Below are positions 8,759-19,338 of a stretch of DNA of 64,000 nucleotides, piece by piece. The first letter of the stretch is position 1. Each line of letters opens with the position of its first letter. This stretch comes from an uncultured Gammaproteobacteria bacterium (GTDB taxonomy: Bacteria; Pseudomonadota; Gammaproteobacteria; Steroidobacterales; Steroidobacteraceae). The stretch lies in the NCBI GenBank assembly GCA_963756755.1, contig CAVWOW010000019.1, forward strand, positions 23,916-87,915. Reading direction: 5' to 3'. The notes under the pieces were generated by a model. The model saw only the letters and a list, made by a program, of their open reading frames with translations. It was not told where the DNA came from and did not search any database. Both the position numbers and the translations under genes were made by a program.

Positions 8759-11032
8759 CTATAGCCCGCCCAGCAGATCGAGCTGCCGCACGTCACCGAT
8801 CACCCGCTCGAAGTCGAGACCGAGCGTCGCGAGAACGGGTTCGGCGACAGGTCTCACCTGCTTCATGACGTAGTGCTCGCGATCGAGCGGATTTCGGACC
8901 TCGTCGAGCGGCTCCGGTCCCGCGATGGTCATGACGTAGCTGATCAGACGCCGGGGTGCCTGCGTCGACTTGCGTGCAGCCGCGACGTGCGGTGGTGTAG
9001 TGGCCGTGTACTCGTCGGCATCCTTCCGCAGGTTCTTGCGATAGACGAGCGCATCGTCGAGCTGGCCGCTGCGCACGCGTTTGACGACATCGGCGAGGTA
9101 TTCGTCGACTGACTGATCGCTGAAGAGACGCCGATACAGCTCGCGCTGCACCTCTTTCGCGAGTGCAGTCCAGTCGCGGCGCACGACTTCCATGCCGATG
9201 AACTCCACCTGGTTGAGGGCGTCGCCGTATCTCAGGCCGGCGTAGCGCTTGCTGGCGCCGCGTGTGCTGTGGCGCGCGTGTGGCAGGAAGAGCTTGAGAT
9301 ACAGCTTCTCGAACTTGAGCTCGAGCCGGCTCGGCACGCGCCAGCGCTCGAAGATATGCCGCGCGAGATCCGCAGTCAGCGCTGCCGAGACCTGGCGTCC
9401 CTGGTCGCTGGCAGCCGCAGGATCGAGCGTCGTCGTCTGCACGAACAGGCTGTCCGTGTCTCCATAGAGCACCACGAAGCCTGCCGCTTCGAACCAGGCC
9501 TTGGACCACAACAGGATCTCGCGTCCTGTGCCGGTGATCGAGTTTGCAAGCGCCGGATTGTAGAAGCGACACGCGGGCGTACCGAGTACGCCGTAGAACG
9601 AGTTCATCAGGATCTTGATGGCGTGCGCGGCCACCTGGTCGCCGGCACTGCGCGCAGCTTCGCGACGCGGAAAGAGCTCATCGAGCAACTGCGGCAGGAT
9701 GGCGGGCTCGCGACGAAACGCGCCACCGGGCGTCTCAATGAGATCTGCGCCAGGTGTCGGAGAGTCGACGTAGGACAGCGGATCGATATTGAAAGTGCGG
9801 ATTACGCTCGGGTACAGGCTCTTGAAGTCGAACACCCACACCTGACGGTGCAGTCCGGCGACCGGTTCGAGCACGTGGCCGCCCTGCTGCGCCGCATAGA
9901 CGCGCGAATCATCACCGCGCACGCTCGGCGCGACGATACCGAGCGGCTCGAGCTCGCTCAGGTACAGAAAATCGAACGAGGCGATGCTGGCCGCTACCCG
10001 GTCGGGCGTCATCCCGGTCAGCCGGCTGCGCGCGAACGCGAGAGGTACGAGGTTCAGCTTGCGGACGATCTCGCAGGCAAGCCGGGCGTCGGTGCGCGCG
10101 TAGAGCGCAAAGGCGGGCAGGTCGTCGCGGTAGTTGTGCAGGATCTCGTCAATGCGGTCGCGGACGTCACCCGTCACCGCCTTGCCTTCGCCCAGAACCT
10201 GGTGAGCGACGGCGTCAAGCGAGTAGTCGTCCATCCGCACGAAGGCACCGCGCAGAAGGTCGATGCCGTCGAGGACGAGGCGGCCGGGAATGCTGGCCTG
10301 GCCGCTGCCGAAATAGCCTTCTGCTTTTCTCAGTCGGATCGGTCCTGCGTCACGGCCGAGGTCGAACGGGTGGCGCACGCGCGAGGCGATTCGTGCCAGG
10401 GCGGCCAGGTCGAAGTCGACGATGTTCCAGCCGGTGAGGACATCTGGATCGAAAGATCGGACGCGATCGCAAAAGGCCGTGAGCGCAGCATATTCGCTCT
10501 CGCAGCGGATCGCCTTCTCGGGCATGTCACGCTCACGGTCGTCGACGATCAGCACTTCATCGATCTGCTCCCCATACATCGAGATCGCGAGGAGCCGTCC
10601 GTCACGATCCGTTTCTATGTCGAACGACAGCACGCGTGGTTCGATCGTCACGTCCGCGGGACGCAGCGTGGGATTGTCGAAGATCCATGTGACAGACTTC
10701 CCGGCCGTGGCGTCGCCCTCGATCGCACAGCCCGCCTTTATGCCGCGCTCGATCAGGTAGCGCACGGCGAACCGCACATCCGCCTCGAACGTCTCGATAC
10801 CCATCCCATGCAGGCGGTCACGAAGCGCCGGCACGTCGCCCGGAACCTCGACCTCGATCCGGCACACCGGTGCTCCGTCGAAGGTGCGCCTGGGGACCGG
10901 TGACGCGGCTGGCGCTCCGGCCACGCGCGCGCGCTCGATGTCGGAGGCGCGGATATAGAAGTGTGGGCGCTGACGATCGTCCCTCACCAGGAAGCTTGCG
11001 CCGTCCTCCAGGCGGCCGTAGATATGAACCAC
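8759..11032 (-). CDS. polB: DNA polymerase II (family B); the true N-terminus probably extends to 11105 through a 1-nt frame break
   Basis: Motifs FDIETD (exo I), DFKSLYPSVIRTFNIDP, KILMNSFYGVLG and VLYGDTDSLFV. ORF 10818..11105 begins MDFRGFITQANYRV, which resembles the Pol II N-terminus. Confidence 0.9.
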   Translation of the reverse strand: MVHIYGRLEDGASFLVRDDRQRPHFYIRASDIERARVAGAPAASPVPRRTFDGAPVCRIEVEVPGDVPALRDRLHGMGIETFEADVRFAVRYLIERGIKAGCAIEGDATAGKSVTWIFDNPTLRPADVTIEPRVLSFDIETDRDGRLLAISMYGEQIDEVLIVDDRERDMPEKAIRCESEYAALTAFCDRVRSFDPDVLTGWNIVDFDLAALARIASRVRHPFDLGRDAGPIRLRKAEGYFGSGQASIPGRLVLDGIDLLRGAFVRMDDYSLDAVAHQVLGEGKAVTGDVRDRIDEILHNYRDDLPAFALYARTDARLACEIVRKLNLVPLAFARSRLTGMTPDRVAASIASFDFLYLSELEPLGIVAPSVRGDDSRVYAAQQGGHVLEPVAGLHRQVWVFDFKSLYPSVIRTFNIDPLSYVDSPTPGADLIETPGGAFRREPAILPQLLDELFPRREAARSAGDQVAAHAIKILMNSFYGVLGTPACRFYNPALANSITGTGREILLWSKAWFEAAGFVVLYGDTDSLFVQTTTLDPAAASDQGRQVSAALTADLARHIFERWRVPSRLELKFEKLYLKLFLPHARHSTRGASKRYAGLRYGDALNQVEFIGMEVVRRDWTALAKEVQRELYRRLFSDQSVDEYLADVVKRVRSGQLDDALVYRKNLRKDADEYTATTPPHVAAARKSTQAPRRLISYVMTIAGPEPLDEVRNPLDREHYVMKQVRPVAEPVLATLGLDFERVIGDVRQLDLLGGL

Positions 11033-11152
11033 CGGTCGGCGACGACCGTCGGGTTCCGATCACTACGCGGTAGTTCGCCTGCGTTATGAAGCCTCGGAAA
11101 TCCACCTGGCAATTATGCCTGTGTGCACCGCCGAGCCCGGTGCGGCGCTGTT

Positions 11153-11981
11153 TCAGCTACGCGGGGCCGACTTCCGGGCCCGAGCGAGGAGTCGCTCGCT
11201 TCCCGTTTTCGCCGCCCAGTCGGCGAATTTGTCCGTGGGCCCGCGCCATGCGAGCTCATCGACCGCGGTAAACAGCCGAGCGTCGGTCCTTAGCGTCGCC
11301 AGCTTTTTGAACAGCAGCGCGAGCTCACGGCGCTCTCCTATGGCTTCGGGAGGAAAATCTTCGATCCTGCCGTGGCGCATGATCAGACGAGCTGCGGTGG
11401 CAGGGCCGATCCCCTCGAGCCCGGGGTATCCGTCGGCAGAGTCCCCGACGAGCGCCAGGTAGTCGGGGATGAGAGCTGGCTCTACCCCGAACTTCTCGCG
11501 CACGCCCTGGGCGTTCCGGATCTTCTGCGACCTGCGGTCGACCTGTACGACCCGATCCTCGCGAACGCACTGCGCGAGATCCTTATCCGGCGTCCAGATG
11601 CAGATCTTCTGAACGTCGGCAGCGGCCGAGGCGAGGTGAGCGGCTGAGGCGAGTGCATCGTCCGCCTCGAGCTCGATCATGGGCCAGACGACCACCCCCA
11701 TGGCGGCCAGGGCTTCTTCGAGCGGGTGAAACTGCGCGAGCAGCGCCGGCTCGATACCGTCCCCGGTCTTGTAGCCGGGCCACAGATTCGTTCCGGAACG
11801 ATTCGATCACATGGTCGGTTGCTACACCCAGATGGGTCGCGCCTTCTTCGACCATCTGCAGGACGGTGTTCAGTACGCCGATCGCGGCGCCAAAGGGTGC
11901 GTCGGTGCCCTTGTTGAAGCGACGCAGACCGTAGAAGTGACGGAAGAGCTCGTACGTTCCGTCAATGAGATGAACGATCAC
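11153..11981 (-). pseudogene. 5'-3' exonuclease (FEN/ExoIX-like), one frame break near 11786
   Basis: ORF 11583..11981 gives MIVHLIDGTYELFRHFY...VIESFRNE. Skipping one base continues LWPGYKTGDGIEPALLAQFHPLEEALAAMGVVVWPMIELEADDALA into ORF 11153..11701. That ORF carries the H3TH motif LVGDSADGYPGLEGIG. Length 829 nt = 3n+1. Confidence 0.85.
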
Positions 11982-12077
11982 AGAAGAAGCACTCGTGAGC
12001 GATCGCTGGGGTCGTGCATGGTACCCCGACGGCGACCCGCCGACGAACGCAGGTAAGACGCACAGCGCCGGGTACCC

Positions 12078-12110
12078 AAAAAAAGCCGCGCCGCTGAATC
12101 AGCGGCGCGG
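12078..12110 (-). terminator. Rho-independent terminator downstream of the OmpA-family gene
   Basis: The minus strand reads CCGCGCCGCT-GATTC-AGCGGCGCGG followed by TTTTTTT. This is a 10-bp GC stem plus a T7 tract, 18 nt after the stop at 12128. Confidence 0.85.
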
Positions 12111-12127
12111 TGGAGCCAGGAGTCGTG

Positions 12128-12985
12128 TCAGTAGCGGGCGGACGCAGTCCGCCGCGCGCTTTCGAGGAACTCGCCTTGCGCGTTCGAAAGCACGACCTCG
12201 ACGCGCCGGTTTTCCTCGCGGCCGGCCGTGGTGTCATTCGTCGCGATCGGGAAGGCTTCACCCAGACCAACCGGTTCGACCCGGTCGCGGTTGATGCCAC
12301 GGACCTGGAGCGCCGCAGCGACCGCGTCGGCGCGACGCTCGGACAGCCCCTGGTTCATCGCGTCGGAACCAACGCTGTCTGTATGGCCCTCGATGATGAT
12401 GCGCGTTCCGGGATTCTGCTCGAGGTAGCCGGCCAAGCGATCGAGAAGGAGCTGCGCTCCAGGCTTGAGCTGGGAGCCGCCCGAATCGAACAGCACATCG
12501 CCAAGCGTCAGCACGATGCCGCGCGCAGTTTCCTGGGCTTCTTCGACTTGCCGCCAGGCCTCGGCCGCGCTGGCTGCCGCCTGGTCGGCGCGCTGCTCGG
12601 CCGCTACGACCTCGCGTTCCCGGGCCTCGAGCAACGCCTCATTGCGATCGGCCTCGGCCTTCTTCGTCTGCTCCAGGGCGCGTGCCTCACTCATCTTCGC
12701 CTCGGCGATGGTGGCCTGCTGCTCGGCAACATAGGCCAGGTGCGCCACCTCCGCCTCTGGCTCACGGTCGCGTGCGGCCTCCTCGGCCTTGCGCAACGTG
12801 TCCTGGGCTTCCTTCAGTTCAGCGCTTGCGAGCGTGGAGGAGTCTGGCATGCTCGCTACGCGCGCGACTGTGTCGCGAGCTCGCTCGAGCTCGCCCGTGG
12901 TCGTCGGCGTGCTCGAGCATCCGACCAGAATGGCCAGCACGCCGACCCCCGACATTCGCTTGAGCCAGGTGAATTCGGTTTTCAT
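12128..12985 (-). CDS. OmpA-family lipoprotein (DUF4398-like coiled N-domain plus OmpA C-domain)
   Basis: Lipobox ILVGC. The C-terminal OmpA-like block reads FDSGGSQLKP...IIEGHTDSVGSDAMNQGLSERRADAV. Confidence 0.85.
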   Translation of the reverse strand: MKTEFTWLKRMSGVGVLAILVGCSSTPTTTGELERARDTVARVASMPDSSTLASAELKEAQDTLRKAEEAARDREPEAEVAHLAYVAEQQATIAEAKMSEARALEQTKKAEADRNEALLEAREREVVAAEQRADQAAASAAEAWRQVEEAQETARGIVLTLGDVLFDSGGSQLKPGAQLLLDRLAGYLEQNPGTRIIIEGHTDSVGSDAMNQGLSERRADAVAAALQVRGINRDRVEPVGLGEAFPIATNDTTAGREENRRVEVVLSNAQGEFLESARRTASARY

Positions 12986-13005
12986 GACGTGTCTCCTTGC
13001 CGACG

Positions 13006-13392
13006 TTACGGCGTCGTCGCCGGGGAGTCGGTGCTCGATCGATTCGCTTCCTCGCGAAGCGCTTCGACCCCCTCAGCGCTCTCGGCAGCGGCCTTCTCGG
13101 CCTTCGCTGCGCTCGTGCGCGACAGGGCGAGCTTCGCGTTCACCGACGCTTCGTCGGCGAAACGCTCGGCGTCGTCGTCCCGGTGCGCTTCGTCGGCATC
13201 CTCGGCCAGGCGCAGCCGATCGTGCGCGTTTTCGAGGTCTCGCCCGGCGAACTCGGCAGCGCCGGACTGCTCGGCCTGTGTCACGAGCGCCCGCGCCGCT
13301 TCGATCTCCGGGTTGGGATCGGGGGCCGATGCACAAGCCGCAAGGGTGCCGGCGGCAATGCAGATCGCAAAGCTGGTGAATAAGCGTTGCAT
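13006..13392 (-). CDS. DUF4398-type lipoprotein
   Basis: Lipobox TLAAC. Helical Ala/Glu-rich body (EIEAARALVTQAEQSGAAEFAGRDLENA). This is the usual partner immediately upstream of the OmpA-family gene. Confidence 0.7.
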   Translation of the reverse strand: MQRLFTSFAICIAAGTLAACASAPDPNPEIEAARALVTQAEQSGAAEFAGRDLENAHDRLRLAEDADEAHRDDDAERFADEASVNAKLALSRTSAAKAEKAAAESAEGVEALREEANRSSTDSPATTP

Positions 13393-13599
13393 GTCTTACA
13401 TCCCTTAATGGCTCTGGTCACGGGCATCGTGGCAGCGCCCCCGGGCGTGGCGCCGTCGGTCCCGGACGCGGCGGCATGTAGGATCGCGCTCACTGCGGCG
13501 CTTCTGCGCCGCCGTCGGAAATTGAAAGATCTGCATTGACGGCCGCTGGCAATCTTTTCATTCTTCGACCGATCGTCAGCTAACGACCCGAGATCGCTC

Positions 13600-14304
13600 A
13601 TGACAGGACTGTCTACGTTCGAGATCACGAGCAAATGGCCCGCCACTCATGCGGACCGCATACAGCTCTATTCGCTCAATACGCCGAACGGCGTCAAGGT
13701 CTCGATCATGCTCGAGGAAACCGGGCTGCCGTACGAGGCCCATCTCGTGCGCTTCGATGCGGACGATCAGAAAACGCCCGAATTCAGGTCACTGAACCCC
13801 TATGGCAAGATCCCTGCGATCATCGATCCGAACGGGCCGGACGGAAAGCCGCTGCCGTTGTTCGAGTCGGGCGCAATTCTGATTTACCTGGCCGACAAGA
13901 GCGGCCAGTTCCTGGCGCGCGACTCGGCCGCACGCTACGAGACCCTGCAGTGGCTGATGTTCCAGATGGCGGGCATCGGTCCGATGTTTGGTCAGGTCGG
14001 CTTCTTCCACAAGTTCGCGGGAAAGGATTACGAGGACAAGCGACCCCGCGACCGTTACGTCGCCGAATCCAGGCGGTTACTCGACGTCCTCAATGCCCGA
14101 CTCTCCGATCGGGCGTGGATCATGGGGAGCAGCTATACGATCGCCGACATCGCCACATTCCCCTGGGTGCGCAACCTGATCGGTTTCTATGGCGCAGCCG
14201 ACCTCGTCGGGTTCGCGGAGTACACGAACGTAAAGCGAGCGCTCGACGACTTTCTCGCGCGGCCCGCGGTGATCAAGGGACTCGAAACACCCAGAGCGTC
14301 GTAA
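13600..14304 (+). CDS. Nu-class glutathione S-transferase (YfcG/YghU-like)
   Basis: IQLYSLNTPNGVKVSIMLEE...NPYGKIPAIIDPNG...LFESGAILIYLADKSG closely follows the YfcG/YghU pattern. Confidence 0.85.
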   Translation: MTGLSTFEITSKWPATHADRIQLYSLNTPNGVKVSIMLEETGLPYEAHLVRFDADDQKTPEFRSLNPYGKIPAIIDPNGPDGKPLPLFESGAILIYLADKSGQFLARDSAARYETLQWLMFQMAGIGPMFGQVGFFHKFAGKDYEDKRPRDRYVAESRRLLDVLNARLSDRAWIMGSSYTIADIATFPWVRNLIGFYGAADLVGFAEYTNVKRALDDFLARPAVIKGLETPRAS

Positions 14305-14319
14305 CAGACTCGTCGAGGC

Positions 14320-15633
14320 ATGAGCACATCCGAGGAAGCCGACACGGTCATCATCGGCGCGGGGGCGGCCGGCCTCGCGGCCGCTTCCGAGCTGGTGTCG
14401 AACGGCCATGACGTCCTGGTCCTGGAAGCACGCGAGCGTCCCGGTGGCCGCATCCTGACCGACCGGAAGACTCTCGCGCCGATTCCAATCGAACTGGGTG
14501 CGGAGTTCATTCATGGCGAATCGTCTGTCCTGTTCCGCCGGCTCAAGGCCGCGGACGACGTCGCCATCGACGCATCGCGAGAGCGATGGATCGCCGACCG
14601 GGCCAGGCTGCACCGCGCGGATGAGCAGCGGCGGGAGTTGCAGCGCATTTTCGGACGGCTGTCCGCGCCCGCCCGGGACATGTCGTTTGCGGACTTTCTC
14701 CACCGTCACCGCCGGTCCGTGCCGCCAAGTGTCCGGCAACTCGCCTGCATGATGGTCGAAGGCTTCGATGCCGCCGACGTTTCCAGAATCAGCGCGCGGG
14801 AGGTTCTCGACGAATGGAGTGGGCCTGTCGCCGCGGATGCGCCGACTTTCCGGCCGGCGCAGGGGTATGACACCCTGATCCGGTCGATTCGTCAGGGGCT
14901 CCCGGTCGATCGTGCCACGCTCCTATTCGGGTCGATCGTTCGCTCGGTAACATGGCGGGAAGGACGCGTCACCATCGAGGCGCAGCGGCACGGCGAGTCG
15001 ATTCGCGTCCAGGCTAAGCGCGCGATCGTGACGTTGCCGCTCGGAGTTCTGCAGCTGCCCGCTGGATCGTCAAATGCCGTCCGCTTTACGCCCGAATTGC
15101 GCAACAAGCGCAAGGCGCTCATGCACCTGGCGGCCGGGCCCGCAATCAAGGTAGTGATGCACTTTGCGCGCCCGTTCTGGGCCGAATTGCACGAATCGCG
15201 CTATCGTAACGCGGCATTCTTCTTTGCTCCGAAAGCGACGTTTCCGACGTTCTGGACGTCGCTGCCATTGCGAACTTCCATTCTCACCGCGTGGTGCGCC
15301 GGCCCGAGGGCGGACACGCTGACGGGCAGGGGCAGGAATGCAGTCATTGCCAGCGTCATGGACAGCCTGAGAGTGGTTTTTGGCCGGCGGAATTATTCCT
15401 CGCTGCTCGAAAACGTGGCGTGGCACGATTGGCAGGGCGATCCGTTCTCCTGTGGCGCCTACAGCTATGTTCTGACGCATGGGGCAGGTGCCCGGCACTC
15501 GCTGGCCCGGCCGGCGGACGACACATTGTTCTTCGCCGGGGAGGCCTGCGACACGGAAGGAGGCGCCGCCACCGTCGGCGGCGCGTTGCAGAGCGGAGCT
15601 CGCGCCGCGCACCAGGTTCTCGAACGCTTGTAA
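14320..15633 (+). CDS. FAD-dependent amine oxidase
   Basis: VIIGAGAAGLAAASEL...VLEARERPGGRI dinucleotide-binding motif. C-terminal FFAGEAC flavin motif. Confidence 0.85.
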   Translation: MSTSEEADTVIIGAGAAGLAAASELVSNGHDVLVLEARERPGGRILTDRKTLAPIPIELGAEFIHGESSVLFRRLKAADDVAIDASRERWIADRARLHRADEQRRELQRIFGRLSAPARDMSFADFLHRHRRSVPPSVRQLACMMVEGFDAADVSRISAREVLDEWSGPVAADAPTFRPAQGYDTLIRSIRQGLPVDRATLLFGSIVRSVTWREGRVTIEAQRHGESIRVQAKRAIVTLPLGVLQLPAGSSNAVRFTPELRNKRKALMHLAAGPAIKVVMHFARPFWAELHESRYRNAAFFFAPKATFPTFWTSLPLRTSILTAWCAGPRADTLTGRGRNAVIASVMDSLRVVFGRRNYSSLLENVAWHDWQGDPFSCGAYSYVLTHGAGARHSLARPADDTLFFAGEACDTEGGAATVGGALQSGARAAHQVLERL

Positions 15634-15645
15634 CGACTGATCGGA

Positions 15646-17112
15646 TCAGGGGGGCGTATCAGCCAACCGGTCGGCGACTCGCCACGACCCACCGCTCACG
15701 ACCGTAATACGGTCGTCCGTGTCCCGACCGAAGCCCAGCAATCGCTCGCCATCCGCGCGGATGAAGAGGTCGCGCTCGAGCGGCAGCCACTCCTGTCCCC
15801 AGAGCTCGAGTACGCCCTCCGCTCGGACAGTCACCTCGAAGTCCTGTGCAGGATCGACATCCCGGCAGGTATGGCATGCGAGACTCGACCGGTACCGGCC
15901 CGCGTACTCATGCAGTCTCGCTGTCTGCGAAGGATCGGGTTTTGGAACGGCGCGGGGCTGCGGTCCTGGATAGAGCGCATCGAGCAGCGCGCTCTTCACG
16001 CGAAAGCGCAAGTCATTGCTCTCGCCATGGTTCACGATGAAAAAGGCCGATTGTTCTTCGGGAATCAGCGTGAGCAGTGAGCTGAATCCGGCAATGTCGC
16101 CCCCATGCTCGGCGAGCCGCCGGCCGTTGTCGACATCGAGCTGGAACGCATAGCCCCAACCCGGTACGGCCGGATGAATCGTGGCTTGTTGAGTGCGCAT
16201 CGACCGCGCGAGGGACACACTCAGGATCTGCCGGTCACCACAACGTCCGTCGGCCAGATGCAGCATCGCGAAGCGAGCCATGTCTGCGGCACTCGCAACG
16301 AGCGAGGACGTAGGCGTAGTAACGTACCACTCATGGCGAACCGGCGTGGCGCGGCCATCGTCGACCTCGTACGGCGTCGCAACATCCCGCTCGTCGCCTC
16401 GCCGCTGCATGATCCGGGCGGTGCTCATTCCGCACGGCTCGAGAATACGCCGACGCACGAATTCGTCGTATGGCAAACCGGACGCGTCTTCGACCGCGAC
16501 GCCAACGAGCGCCGTGCCGTAGCTCGAGTACGCCGTGTACAGGCCGGGTGCGCGATAACGGATCAGGCGACCGTCGAGGAACTTGCTCAGGGAAGGGCGG
16601 GGACCTTTGTCGGGGTCGAACTGGCGGCCGGGCAGCTCATCGAGGCCGCCGGTGTGCGAGAGCAGGTGTCGCAACGTGATCGACTGATACCCTTGCGCAG
16701 GCACGGCGAGTTGGCGAAGGTACCGATTGATGTCCTGGTCGAGCGACAAGGCGCCATCGTCCACGAGTTGGAGCGCCGCAACTCCGGTGAAGAGCTTCGT
16801 CACCGACGCGACCGGCCATACCGTGCGGTCGATGTCGACCGCCACGCGCCGTTCCTGGTCGGCGAGGCCGTAGCCTTGCGCGTAGACAACCTGGCCTCCG
16901 TGTACGAAGACGAACGCGGCGCCGGGGATACCCTCGTCAGTCAAGGCTCGCCGGATGATCGGGTCCACGGCGTTCGCGACGGCGGACGCCGTCGGCGCAG
17001 CTTTCGCTGGCGCGGGCGGGGCCGGACCGGCCCATGAGATCGTCGACGAGCACAAACCGCAGGCGGCCAGCACCGCGACAATGATGATGGCTCGGCCGAG
17101 GGTCACGAGCAT
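15646..17112 (-). CDS. Serine hydrolase, beta-lactamase/PBP family
   Basis: Signal peptide present, with an SxxK active-site motif (ASVTKLFTG). 488 aa. Confidence 0.85.
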   Translation of the reverse strand: MLVTLGRAIIIVAVLAACGLCSSTISWAGPAPPAPAKAAPTASAVANAVDPIIRRALTDEGIPGAAFVFVHGGQVVYAQGYGLADQERRVAVDIDRTVWPVASVTKLFTGVAALQLVDDGALSLDQDINRYLRQLAVPAQGYQSITLRHLLSHTGGLDELPGRQFDPDKGPRPSLSKFLDGRLIRYRAPGLYTAYSSYGTALVGVAVEDASGLPYDEFVRRRILEPCGMSTARIMQRRGDERDVATPYEVDDGRATPVRHEWYVTTPTSSLVASAADMARFAMLHLADGRCGDRQILSVSLARSMRTQQATIHPAVPGWGYAFQLDVDNGRRLAEHGGDIAGFSSLLTLIPEEQSAFFIVNHGESNDLRFRVKSALLDALYPGPQPRAVPKPDPSQTARLHEYAGRYRSSLACHTCRDVDPAQDFEVTVRAEGVLELWGQEWLPLERDLFIRADGERLLGFGRDTDDRITVVSGGSWRVADRLADTPP

Positions 17113-17162
17113 CCTGGATTGCGCCGCGGCTGAAGCGGATGCAGTAGCAGCTTCGCGAGCCG

Positions 17163-17414
17163 CTATTGTTTCGTGACGACGACCCGACCGGATGCGTCTA
17201 CGCTCACCCTGTACTGGTTGCCGTCCTTACAGTTGGCGACGTAGTCGTTCTCGCCTTTCTGGGTGACGCTGACGACCTCGCCGCAAGGCAGGCCTTGCAG
17301 AGCGATCACCGCGGTCAGGTCCTTGGCGACCGGGATGCCATCCGCCGCAACCGTCGATGCGGCGAGCGCCGTCGTTGCAACCATCAGCGCGAGACCTCGA
17401 ACACATCCGTTCAC
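17163..17414 (-). CDS. Small secreted hypothetical protein
   Basis: 83 aa with a signal peptide (ALMVATTALAASTVAA). The start overlaps the upstream stop by 4 nt. Confidence 0.55.
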   Translation of the reverse strand: MNGCVRGLALMVATTALAASTVAADGIPVAKDLTAVIALQGLPCGEVVSVTQKGENDYVANCKDGNQYRVSVDASGRVVVTKQ

Positions 17415-18223
17415 GATGTCGCTCCTGCCATCAGCTTGGCGTCGGTAAATTTCTGGGGATTCGAGAGGATGCTCCAGATCGCGTTTCGCGACTGGACGAT
17501 GTCGCGGGCGAGCGGCGGGTCGCTGTCCTGAAGCAGGGACAGCACCTTGAGAAGCAGCAGGTCATAGCTCTGGCGCAACTCGGGGAGCGTCGTCCTGGCC
17601 TGTCGCTTGTGATACGCGCGGAACTGGTCCAGCAGGTCGTCGACCTGGTTCTTGAGCGAAATCTTGGTCATGACGCCGATGGCCTTGGTTTGACGGAGCC
17701 GCGTCTCGAGCGACGCCAGGTCGAGCGTGGGTGCCGGCGGTTTGGGCGCGACTGAGGCAGCTGGCTTGACTGGCGTTGCGGTGGCTGGCGTCGAAGCGAC
17801 CGGTGCGGGTTCAGGTGTTGTAGCAACGATGGCGGGCGGTCTGGCCGGCGCCGCTCGAGGTGCCGCGGCTGGGCTGACAGCGACGGTGGGAGCCGGGGAT
17901 TGTGCAACGGTCGCAGCAGGAGCGCGTCGAACCGGCGCAACGGGCGAGGGGGGCGCGGGTGTCACCTGAGGCGTGGGCGACGCGACCTTCGCAGGTGCGG
18001 TTGGTGCAGTTGCGCCTGCATCGGTGTCCGCTGCCTCTGTTGCCTCGGACGGCGTCGCGGCAGGCGTGAGTGGCCCTTCCACTGGCGCCGTTGCGGTCTC
18101 CGCGGCAGGCGAAGGCGCCGCCTGCGGCGGCGCGCGTTCCGGTACCGCGCAGCCTGCCGTCAGCACGCAGGACAGAACGCAAACGATACGAGCGGGTCGA
18201 ATCACCGTCGGATTATCGCTCAT
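17411..18223 (-). CDS. Lipoprotein with a long Ala/Pro-rich linker and a helical C-terminal domain
   Basis: Lipobox VLTAGC. About 150 residues of A/P/T low complexity are followed by a structured tail (LASLETRLRQTKAIGVMTKISLKNQVDDLLDQF...). Confidence 0.6.
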   Translation of the reverse strand: MSDNPTVIRPARIVCVLSCVLTAGCAVPERAPPQAAPSPAAETATAPVEGPLTPAATPSEATEAADTDAGATAPTAPAKVASPTPQVTPAPPSPVAPVRRAPAATVAQSPAPTVAVSPAAAPRAAPARPPAIVATTPEPAPVASTPATATPVKPAASVAPKPPAPTLDLASLETRLRQTKAIGVMTKISLKNQVDDLLDQFRAYHKRQARTTLPELRQSYDLLLLKVLSLLQDSDPPLARDIVQSRNAIWSILSNPQKFTDAKLMAGATS

Positions 18224-18252
18224 TGATGCTCCCGGCCCTCGATCATCCGATC

Positions 18253-19305
<1,053 letters not shown>

Positions 19306-19338
19306 ATCCGCTGGGAAGGTCTTGGATGTCAGCCGCCT

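Noticed and set aside
9269-10903. 544-aa + strand ORF opposite polB. Similar long ORFs include 12110..13408, 32946..34292, 48598..49554, 48857..50164, 53040..54260 and 54399..55463.
   Set aside because: These are typical high-GC shadow ORFs. Their translations are Arg/Ala/Gly/Pro-rich and motif-free, they lie antisense to genes with clear family signatures, and they lack plausible ribosome-binding sites.
11106-11152. Possible SOS (LexA) box upstream of polB: CTGGCAATTATGCCTG
   Set aside because: It has only a GGCA-N4-TGCC mini-palindrome and does not match CTG-N10-CAG on either strand. I cannot support it without a taxon-specific LexA model.
17700-18150. Repetitive GC-rich DNA that might be a tandem repeat or VNTR
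   Set aside because: It encodes Ala/Pro/Thr low complexity in the lipoprotein. I could not define a fixed repeat unit.
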